DNA from: Girardia tigrina
Lineage: Eukaryota
Length of the DNA stretch: 50,427 bases
Direction: 5' to 3'
NCBI GenBank assembly: GCA_001938485.1
Contig: MQRK01232648.1
Span: forward strand, 18,802 to 69,228
Part shown: in pieces, positions 38,372-48,723 of the stretch
How positions within the stretch are numbered: position 1 is the first letter of the stretch
Layout: every line of letters begins with the position of its first letter
Notes under the pieces: generated by a model
The model's input: only the letters and a program-made list of their open reading frames with translations
Database searches by the model: none
What the model was told of the DNA's origin: nothing
Made by a program: the position numbers and the translations under genes

Positions 38372-40529
38372 AAAGGTTAAATAAATTTAAACAAATTAAT
38401 TTCTTTTTTATATTTCTATATTTAATATTAACCCTAACTTATTTATTAGGTTAGTTATTAGTTAAAAATTTTTTATTTAAATTTTTGAACAAAATGTAGC
38501 GATTCATTGGTAAAATGTTCAATTTGACCGGAAAATGGTATAATATTACTTTTTAAATTAAAATTTTATCAAATTTTCATTTATTTTAAAAATGTCAATT
38601 CTGTTCGAATGATCAGTTATTGCATATACAATAAAGCACCATACACTCTTAAATCTTCTGTTTCAATATCATATTCATAAAAACTATATATTTTCTTATA
38701 AAAAATTTCGGCTCTGTAGAGGTCATAGAAGAATTTTTATATATAATGTTTGTAAAAATAAATTTGCTACTTTTTTGCTGGATATGGTTTGACATTATCT
38801 TGCTGTCAAATAAATCCATCTCTAAGATTCTGATGCAGTCAGAAACATTTTTAAACAGTCGAATTCATTTAATACAGTTCAATATAGAACTCAATTGAAT
38901 CAGTTTTGGAAAGTTTAAAGGTAAATCGACTAATGACTGTTAATATAGTTGTGACTAGGTGTACTGAACCTTGATGATTGTAATCGTTAACTAGAAATAA
39001 AAGAATTTTAAATATTTGAAATAACTTTTAATAAATTTTAAAAATATTAATTATTTAAATATGCATTTAAATATTTTGAAAATTTAGACCTTTTGACATC
39101 AATAGACCAAGATTGTTTCAAAGGTCTTTACAAGTGTATAAAGCAAAATTAAATCTATGCATTTGTACTTAATGAAATGTTTAACGTGTACTCTGCAATA
39201 GTTCTGTTACGATACTCAAAATATGTTTCGTCATCTTTAAAAAACTATTTTCCAGTTCAAATGTTTTTATAAGTATCAAATTATAGAAGGTAGGTGTAAA
39301 AGAATCAGGGAAATATTGAGAGGCGTACCAGCTCAACTTGAATGAATTGGTTCATTACCATCATAATGCAAAAAATTGTTTTCATAAAACAAGATCCTTT
39401 CTCAAAGTTGTCTTTTTTTAGTTAATAAAAATCCATTTTAAGAACCTACCAACATAATTTGTTTAAGACTTTCCCCCATTTTAGATTTATAAATTTTAGG
39501 TTCAACATTTCAAAACTTTTAATACGAAAATACAATATTTAAACAGTTAAGTCTTTGAAAAATTCTATGGATAGATATTATAAAGTGTACATTTATACAT
39601 ATATAATTATTTAATATTAATACTTAAATGTCATAAATATTATTTTCACAATCAAGGAAATTTGATAAAGAAAAACAAAGTACAAAATAAAACATGAAAA
39701 AATAAATAGTTGAATGAAAGGAAATATTAATAATGAAGTTAAAACATACAAATAGATCAATTAGGGAAAATAATTTAAAACAGGAATTTATTATTCAGTC
39801 ATCCTCGGAAAATTGGAAATTGAGATAGACATAAAGATAAATCACATCCTCCTATATTTCTTCTGTCCTCTTATTGCTTCAATGAACATTTTTGTCACTC
39901 TTTCCTTTTAAAATTATACATAAATATGATTAACTATGTGAATTCCCAAAGCAAATTTTGTCATGCGTTCAGAAATAAAAGAAAGTCACTGGTTAGAAGT
40001 TTGTAATTGTGTAATAATTAACCAATTAATTATTTACTTAGTGTCGAATTAAGTATAAAATAATAGTAAATAGATGTTGTCTTGTATGCAAACTATGAAG
40101 AATTAGTTAATTTTCTTTTCACTGACAAATTTTAAGAATTTAAATTTTTTTAGAAATATTTTAAATTAAATTTTAAATCAAGTTTCATATTATAATTAAA
40201 ATTAATCATTCTTATAATTATATTATTTTTGAAAATAATAAATATGAGCTATAATTAATATTTAATATTGTAGAATAAAATATTTTTTAATTTGAAAAAT
40301 GAATATCATTTTAGAATAAATTTTAATCGAATTAAATATTATTTTGAATTTTGAGTTTTTAAAAATAATCTAATCAGAATTTGAAAGTGTGAATAAATGT
40401 CGGTAAATAGATTATTTAAAGGAAATTAAATTTTTTTTGAATGTTTTTGTAATAAAAATAATTATATGTGTTAATAAAAATTTTGATCGTTATGAATTCT
40501 TATTCGAATATCGAAAACGATTTAAATGT

Positions 40530-40640
40530 TGTGAGGGATAATTTGGAATGTTGTAAGTTTGTTGTTTGTATGCTGTTTAGATTTGTGACTCTCCTACTCA
40601 GATGGGATTGATATGTTATTTGATTGATTATTTGAATCTA
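40530..40640 (-). mobile_element. Diverged family A-related LTR end
   Basis: TGTGAGGGATAAT...CTCTCCTACTCAGATGGGATTGATAT; similarity to other copies continues to about 40960. Confidence 0.55.
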
Positions 40641-41427
40641 ATGAAATTAATTTAATGTGATTAATGTTTAAATACTAATTAATTAAAAGTTTTATAATTA
40701 TAAATTTTAATAATATTTTTAATAAACGATTTTAACTTATTGAATTTAATATATTTTAAAAACTAATGTTTATTTAAAATTACTTAATGCATTTTTATCC
40801 ATTAAAATTTTGAGAAATTAAAAGTAATTTATTATTCTTATCTCATTAATTAATTTAAAGATTTGAATATAGCTAAAAAAACATATTAATCAAGAATAAC
40901 GCTTCCTGCAAAAATTGCTTCTGAAAATGCTTGTGTTGTTTATAAATGTTTGCACTCAAATTGTGATGTTGCTAATAAACGCAACTAAAACATATAAAGC
41001 TGAAGATGAATTCAGAAGTCACCAAAACTTTTTTTGGTCAACAAAAATGTACCTAAATCTCTCCAAAGATTTCAAATTAGTTTTCTTATAATTTTTTTAG
41101 TCTGAAAAAGGTCAGAGTAAGATTACAACAATTGGAAATGATAACATAGTTTCAATGTAATATATAAAAGTTATAACAATTATAATTAAATATTATCCTT
41201 CCAATAAATTAGTGGATAGATCATTTTTTTGGTAGACAATTAATTGAAACTAAAAGACGTTATTTTAGTTATAATTTTACCCTTTGTTTTTAATTTCTTG
41301 GTAGTAGTAAAAGAGTCATAGCTTTTCATACTTTTACGTTATATTATTAAAATTACTTTTCAATTAACCATATAAATGATGATATTAATTTTTATATTTC
41401 TAAGTTGAGTGATTAAAAAAATATCTA

Positions 41428-41558
41428 TTACAATGGTCGTTGACGGGGGACGTTATATAGAGAAAATAAAGATGTTTTGGGATCAAGAAGTTTCTCCCAC
41501 TCAGCATCCGGTGCATTAATTATGTAGGCCCTGAGGCTGATGAAAAACTTCTCGAGAT
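41428..41558 (-). CDS. Candidate terminal coding exon, unknown protein
   Basis: Acceptor TTTTATTTTATTTCAG followed by the open frame LEKFFISLRAYIINAPDAEWEKLLDPKTSLFSLYNVPRQRPL*; GC higher than flanks. Confidence 0.4.
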
Positions 41559-42314
41559 CTGAAATAAAATAAAATGATTTTTAAACAAATATTATCTTAA
41601 TTAATTAAAGAAAACATTAATTGATTTTGAACTTTGATCTGACATGAAAAAATATGATTATTTACATTAATTGATTAAAAACTTATTTAATTCATCTGAC
41701 CTTTGATCCTCTGAAATCTGAAACTAAAAACAGCAATTCTTATTTTGTTACAAAATAATAATGTCTGTCAAGACTTTTGACACAAATTCCAGCGATCTCG
41801 AATTTGGTGTGAAAATTTTTGAAAAAAATACTATAAATTCGTTTGAATTTTTTATTTGTTCAGAACGTTTTTTGTCTAGTTGTTAATGTAAAATTAAATA
41901 ATCTTTCAGTCGTCAGTTTTTGTGAGTTTTTAGTTTTTCTGAGGTTGATGAAGTATGGATATAAATTGGACGTATGTGAAAATAGATGACTGGGAATCGA
42001 TCAGTTGATATTTTGTTCACTGGTGAATCATTGGGTCAGATGAGCCTAATCGGGTACGATATTAACTCAGATGGTAAATGATATTCGTATCAAAATAGTT
42101 TATTGAGTTAAAAAAATAAATTATACACGTTAAAAATACTTAAAACCCAACAGATTACTTTTTATTTGATCAATGATACATGAAAGTTTGAAATAACCTG
42201 TAAAACATAAGCTTTCGTAGACTATTTTACTGAAATTTTACTTTTTAGGGGATGACTACAAGAATACCATACAAAAATGTTATAGTGCTTCATAACTTTA
42301 ATATAATTTTTATA

Positions 42315-42380
42315 ACTAGTCCATGAGAATATTTCATATCAAAATACTGGTCCGTGAACATAAAAGATTGAGAAACACTG
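42315..42380 (+). mobile_element. Right end of a hAT-Charlie-like MITE
   Basis: TACTGGTCCGTG...AAAAGATTGAGAAACACTG resembles the Charlie right TIR GGTTGAGAACCACTG. Confidence 0.5.
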
Positions 42381-42893
42381 TTCTACAAAGCACCTTTCTA
42401 ATGTTGATCTATAGATAGGATGAATAAAAAGTAGGCTTACGTCTAGTAGATATGCACTTTACATGTATCAAATATACTTTAATTGAAATTAATTAACTTA
42501 TATTATTTTAATTATTAATATAATAATAATAATAACGGCATAGAAAACGTAAAAATAATTGTGAAACAACTGTAAGCTTACTTTTAATTTATCCTATAAT
42601 TGTAACATGTTACTTGTCTCTTCTACAACTTTGAATAGATGTGTTCCACTGAAGCTAGAGATTAATGATAAATATAAACAGCAGAAAAATATATTATTGT
42701 CAATCCTTTTAATAACAAACTTGAATACGAATTTAAAACTAGAACAAAAGAAATTGGGTAAGCAATTTCAGGAACATTTTGTTGAAGATCAATATTAGTA
42801 AAACTAAATTATATTAAGCTTATGTATGTGCCTCTATACTAAGTTTCGGAGAAGTAATTCGAGAAGATTATCCTTATCCTCTCAGTTAATAAA

Positions 42894-43205
42894 TCAATTG
42901 GTTAGATAATCGACAAGATCATAATTATCGGAGTCAGATAATAATTCGACAAGATCATCACTATCGCAGTCGCATAAATCAATTGGTCTATCTCCATTCG
43001 CATTTATCGCATTCCTTTCACAATTGACAGATAAAAGTAACTTTATAAGACTTTTGTTATTATTTTTACAAGCCAAGTGTATTATTAAACTTAACACAAA
43101 ATTTAAATTATTTTTTTCTAATTTTTCAAAATTCTTAGAGTTTATTTTGGTATTAAAATTATAATAAGAAAAAAGATATTTTATTATTTTATCGATATTT
43201 TCCAT
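42894..43205 (-). CDS. Small intronless ankyrin-repeat protein (~103 aa from ATG)
   Basis: IHLACKNNNKSLIKLLLSVNCERNAINANGDRPIDL fits the ankyrin consensus (LH.A...G...IV.LLL..GA..N..D..G.TP..L); ATG at 43205. Confidence 0.7.
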   Translation of the reverse strand: MENIDKIIKYLFSYYNFNTKINSKNFEKLEKNNLNFVLSLIIHLACKNNNKSLIKLLLSVNCERNAINANGDRPIDLCDCDSDDLVELLSDSDNYDLVDYLTN

Positions 43206-45089
43206 TGCCACGTTTGTTATCTTTCCGATAATATCTATCCGATACAAGTAACGTTATGGAAGGTTTATATAAATTTATTTAAAAAAATATTTATTTATTA
43301 AAATTTTTTACATTAAATTTTTGGTTAAATTCTTTTTGAGATCTCTTTGAATAGTTGAAAGTCTCTTTAAGAGAGCAGAGATTGAGGATGAACAATTGCC
43401 TGGGGAAATTCGTATTAATTATGTTTTAGAATTTCTGTTTACAAGTTTTTTGTTTTGCTTCAAAAATTTATTTATTTATTTAAAATAAAAGTATTCAAGT
43501 CAGATTCTTTCTATAGTTTGAAAATTCAAATTATAAGAATTTTATTTTTTAGCATAAATATTAAGGAATATTTTGGTAAATTGTAAAGCTACAGATTGAC
43601 ATTTACAAGTACCAAGTTTCACATTAACACATTAAATATTGAAAAAATATCACAATAAAAATATTAAAAAAGGTTTTGCTTTAGATTTAAAATTGTTTTT
43701 CTTGTGAATAATGACAAAAATGTTTATTAACGCAAAAAATGAATTTTGTTTAAAAAAACGATTTGACAACTTATTTAGGGTTGTCAAAAACACGATAGAA
43801 AGTTTTAGTGATAATTTTTTTAATGATATTGTTTTTAAATCAATTAATAATGATTAATTTAATTTTTAATTTTGTATTTCAAATTTTAGCTTGACTACTT
43901 TATGTGGTCTAGCAAAATATATATAATAATAATAATAATTCAAATACAATATATATAATAATGATAATTTAGATAATAAATTAAATAAGTAATAAATAAT
44001 ACATAACATATAATAAAAAATACACAGTTAATATATGTAGAGGTGAAATACTTCTGAAGAATTTAATAAGAATTAATAAGAAGAATTTATACACCGACTA
44101 TTTTATTACATTATTAGTAAAATAAATTATAAAAATTCAAAATGTATTCAGCGCCAGGCCTTAACAAGTGCATGGCGGTATAAGGGTTAAGAAATATATT
44201 ATAAAATAATATCACATATAGATTTTGTTAGGAAAAAATCCCAAAAATATTTTAACGATGATAAAACATTAATTATATTTCAAATTTTAGGACAAAAGTA
44301 AATAGTCAAAGTGGATTTTATTATTTGCTTTTCTTATAAAATATTTTATTAAAACATTTAAAGTGATTGCTGTAAATGTGAATATTTTTCTAATATTTTA
44401 TTTAAAACTTACGAAACATGTGACATTTTATATAATATTTTCCCATCGGTATTTGTTAGCCGACTAATTAATGATTCGGGTACGGAATATATCTCATCGA
44501 ATTGTATCTCTTTGCTTTCTCTTGCAAAAATATATCAATAGAAGTAATATTTTATTAATTATCTTCTGCTTCAACTGACTCAATGAGTTAATAATAGAAC
44601 GAGTTTATGTAAGTACAGAATATTTACGAAAGACAATAATTGAGAAATATAAAATTCTGTGGTAAATATCATTTTGAGAAACAATAGAATGACGTTGACC
44701 AAGACTTATGCCACAAATACTCGCTAAATCAAATTATATTATTAAAATAAATCTTAATTATAAGTAATGTGCCTTTAAATAAATAAATATATAAAGACTT
44801 CTACTTATTTCCGGTATATATGTGTATTAAATCAAAGAAAAGTTTAAAATATTGAATCAATCTCTGTATTTTATATTTTAAAATTTTCAAATTCAGTAAC
44901 TAAATAAGAATTTTAAATAATAATAATATTATAATAGCTTAACTTATGATACCAAGATCAGCATCATAATGTTATCATCGAAATGTTTTTGTTTCAATCA
45001 TTTAAGACATCAGTACTTCTGAATTCTAACTGCAATTGCTTATAGAAGGCCATTTGAATAACATTACGTCATTCATGGCTTTTGTTAAA

Positions 45090-45290
45090 ATACTCTAATA
45101 TGATTGGATGAATCTTGTGCACGTTTAAACTTGGTTTAAAAAACTTAATTAGCAGTGATTCAGTAATTATCTTTTCATAATAAATTATCCTATTATAATA
45201 AAAATTACTGATTGAAACCACTGTCATTAAAATCACTTTCATGTCCTTTCCTACAATCTCCATGACACTTCAACATATGATCCATAAAGG
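45090..45290 (-). mobile_element. PLE endonuclease C-terminal remnant
   Basis: YEKIITESLLIKFFKPSLNVH matches the GIY-YIG ESLLI...KP.LN end motif. Confidence 0.65.
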
Positions 45291-46149
45291 TGAAACATTT
45301 TTTCTAAAAATAAAAATTTAAAATTGCAGTTTTCCTCTTTTGAAATTCAATAAATTAATTTTAACTAATTAATCAATTAGTTTGTAAGTCCTTTACTTTA
45401 TTTATGTAATTGAATATGAATACAAGTACGAATTTTCAGACCAAAAACATTATGACATGAGAGAAATAATATCCGAAAGATTTTAAGCTGATAAACAGAC
45501 GAATGAAATTTATCTAAGCGGAATCAAAATATTTTAATTTATTTTATTATTTATTTCACATTAATTTTAGGATTGTGTAACGTATATAAAAATACTTTGC
45601 ATTTGCATCTTTCGCAATAATTTATAAAATTGGAAAACAAAACTTTAAAATTCTTTATTTAAAAATACTTTAACATGTTTCATATGTTCAAAAGTGTTAC
45701 TACTATTATTTAGGTCTAAATGTTAGCAAAGTCGTATATACTTCTACGTAGTGTCCCTGGGAAACTAGATTGACTGAAATAAAGTTCTAGGACAAAATTC
45801 TTGAAAGCGGCTTATACTAAAACACTGCTCAATAACAGAAAAGTAGGAGACATGTTACTTTCAAGCTGAATTATGAAAACAAAGATCTAGAAGTTTACGT
45901 CTGGAAGGGAAGACCTATTATATAGAAATAATTTAAAACTTATTGCTTTTTAAGTTACTCTTTGAGTCTTCAGAGGGAGTCAAGACTTCTGTCACAATCT
46001 CGAATACATTCATGAATTCGTTTGAATAAATGAACCGAAGTCTATCAAATGTACGTTGCAAGACATTAATACAAGAATATTGATAAAATAACTCAAAACA
46101 AAAGCCGAATTGAGACAGCTTTATTGTTTCTCAAACACAAGAAGTTAAA

Positions 46150-46285
46150 AATATGCATAGCAAAAATGTTAAAGTTCTGTGCTTCAATTTTCGAAATTAC
46201 GTTTCGAAGCGTTCTTTATTAGGTTTCACAATCCTTAAATTAATACTAAAGCAAAACTTTAAATCATTTTATTAAAAATATTTAA
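46150..46285 (+). mobile_element. PLE endonuclease C-terminal remnant
   Basis: VKVLCFNFRNY..EAFFIRFHNP*INTKANFKSFLLKIF aligns to FKILCTQFKNY..EALYIRSLDPKINVQTAFCTTLLRVF. Confidence 0.6.
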
Positions 46286-46370
46286 ATACTAAAAAAATGT
46301 AATTGCAGGAATAAACGTAAATTTTATCTTTTTAATCATTAATTATTTTTTTCCAGGTCTATCTGGAGTG

Positions 46371-46694
46371 ATGGCCTCTATATTTCGGATAAGCACGTAT
46401 TTACTGCTGGACAAAAAACCGACTGTTTATTTTTTCCTTTGCATTGGTCAAATGTGTCTATGTTTAATCATATTCCATATATCCGTGCGAAGCGGATTTG
46501 TCCAGCATCATCTTCAAAGACATCAACAAAACGTATTGACGAGTAATTTCAATTCCTTGGTCAAATCCACAAACTCCTTGTCCTACCAAGTCAGTGCTCC
46601 CAATTCCAGTTCTTCAAACAACAATATTTCCAATATTGGTAAAACTGACAAAAGTTGGAAAACTCAAACTGTTTCTATGGAAATGAATAATCCG
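46371..46694 (+). CDS. First coding exon of a probable type II membrane (secretory-pathway) protein; exon 46357-46694
   Basis: Acceptor TTTTTTTCCAG at 46356, phase-0 donor GTGAGA at 46695. 108 codons: short cytosolic tail, hydrophobic anchor VYFFLCIGQMCLCLIIFHISV, Ser/Asn-rich stem. Layout resembles Golgi glycosyl/sulfotransferases or kinases; family unassigned. Confidence 0.75.
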
Positions 46695-47581
46695 GTGAGA
46701 GTTAGAGAAAATTAAATTATATAAGAAATTAATTAATAATGAATTAGGAAGAGAATTATCGTACGTTTATATAAATGGAAATTATAAATTATTTCTTCGT
46801 ATAATAGTCATAAATTTTTTACCTTGATATTAGTAAAAACTTAATAAAATTCTGAAAAAAATTTATTATATATCTATAAATTTGAGTAAATAAAATATAA
46901 AATTATAATATTTATTTCACATAAAATTTTTTTTAATATTTAATGACAGAAAAATATTATAAATATTGGAATAAAGAAAATCTATTCAATATTAAAGATT
47001 ATTTGTCTTCCGAATTCTTAATAATATTAAAAAAATAATTAGAATAATATTCTTATATTTTTTTAAACGAAAGAATTTTCAAAAGCTTTAAACTTTTTCC
47101 ATGCATGATATTAGCTTGCTTTCTATATATTCATCATTGGAATTTAGAAACTTATTTTTGAAGGCCTTTTACTCAATCAATGTTCTATAAACTTTGAACA
47201 TTTATTAATTTTCGAAAATTTGATAAAAAAGTTAATTAAGTTTACTAAATTTCAATTTTCAATTCTCCAAACATTTTACAATAGATGAGAGTGTTAGTGT
47301 TTTCTCGAATTCTGTTGGTCAAGTAGAGTTCTCCCCGCATAAAGCATGGATATTGTGAGGAATATTTTAAATTGTTTGAATGTGTAAATGTATGGATGCT
47401 GTATATTGATTTGAGTATGTTGAACTTAGAATGGTGATTCTCCCACCCAGATGGAAATTGGTATTTTTTATTAAACTTAAAGTGATTTACTATTCGAACA
47501 TGATTAAAATAATCATTTGATAAGTTAATATTTTTTTAATTTAACAATTAAAATTAATAAAAAATTTTTAAGCCAATCAAA

Positions 47582-47620
47582 GTTTATTAATTTCGACGGT
47601 TTAACCGTCATCGTCAGAAG
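47582..47620 (-). ncRNA. Minimal hammerhead ribozyme in the 3' pLTR
   Basis: CUU-CUGACGA-U-GACGGU(UAA)ACCGUC-GAAA-UUAA-UA-AAC, with palindromic AUUAAU stem III. Confidence 0.7.
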
Positions 47621-48684
47621 AAATGATTTTTCAAACGAAATTTACTTATATAGTGCAATTTATGAATATGCAATCAATACGTAATTAATCCTTTAAAAAC
47701 TCTCAACAAAGTTGTACAGAATGCAGTTTGAACGTTAATTTTAGGATCCAAAGATCTTATATATAACGCTTCACATGTCACTCTCTCCCAATAATTTTTA
47801 AATTGAGTGCACAGAATTTTAAAGTGTTGTGAATTTATATCTCCTTTACAATGTCTTCTATGTCCTGCAATGTTACTTCCACCTTCATTGCAACTGTGTT
47901 CCTGGATTCTCTTACAGAGATGACGTGCAGTCTCTCCAATGTATGTGGCGTTACACCCATTACATGTATATTGTTAAATGAGATCCGAACACAATCCTAA
48001 TGGCGTTGGAGATTTATTGCCGAACATGCTTTCAATTTTCTGGGTACGGGATATGACTTTTAAACTTATTGCACTATCTAACGCTTTCAAAATAGAATTT
48101 TAAAATATTTTAAACCCCTCTAAATATGGTGCAGTTAACACATAACCAATTTCCAAACTTTTATCATTAGTGTTGCAAGATTGCTCTTGATTTGAACATC
48201 TAAAATTTTAGTCTTATTTTTTTGTCAATTAATTTATCAATAGTTTCCATGGATAATTTATCCACTATCGATTTTGAATATCCGTTATCATATAATAATT
48301 TGTTTAATTTATTAAGACTGTCATTACATCCTTTATATGTAGATCAAAGTGCCCATGAGTGAAAAATAAGACCTTTAATCATATTTCGATGATATTTGGA
48401 TTCACAGAAACTGATCGGTGTTGTATACAACCCCGTGTCAGTTTTCTTTCTGTAAATCTGCGTTTCATAACGTCCGCTTTTTCTCTCAATTAATAAATCA
48501 AGAAAGGACAATTTCTTATCTTGTTCTTTCTCCATAGTAAACTTTATATTTGACGTAAAAAATTAACGTGCAAACTGCATTCTCTACAACTTTGTTGAGA
48601 GTTTTTAAAGGATGTACTGATTACGTATTGATTACATAATCATTAACTGCACTATATAAGTCAATTTCGTTTGAAAAATCCTTT

Positions 48685-48723
48685 GTTCTGACGATGACGG
48701 TTAAACCGTCGAAAATAATAAAC
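48685..48723 (+). ncRNA. Minimal hammerhead ribozyme in the inverted pLTR
   Basis: GUU-CUGACGA-U-GACGGU(UAA)ACCGUC-GAAA-AUAA-UA-AAC; stem I GUU/AAC; stem III palindrome broken by one substitution. Confidence 0.65.

Larger units (their letters stand above)
36794..38618 (-). mobile_element. Tc1/IS630-like DNA transposon with disrupted transposase
   Basis: N-terminal HTH-like ORF 37952-38371 and DDE ORF 36988-37485 (FIDE; IMDN...FLSPYSYMLNPIENAFSKIK, 33 residues from D to E). TIR-like TGATTATTCGAACA (36797-36810) pairs with TGTTCGAATGATCA (38602-38615). Confidence 0.85.

Noticed and set aside
41537-41565. CTGATGA...GAAA as a hammerhead
   Set aside because: No proper stem II or stem III; these bases pair within the larger hairpin instead.
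12940-47470. Recurring CCCACCCAGATGG motif as a CRISPR-like repeat or H/ACA snoRNA cluster
   Set aside because: Copies are kilobases apart and in both orientations. The ACA is the LTR terminus; no H box or two-hairpin layout seen.
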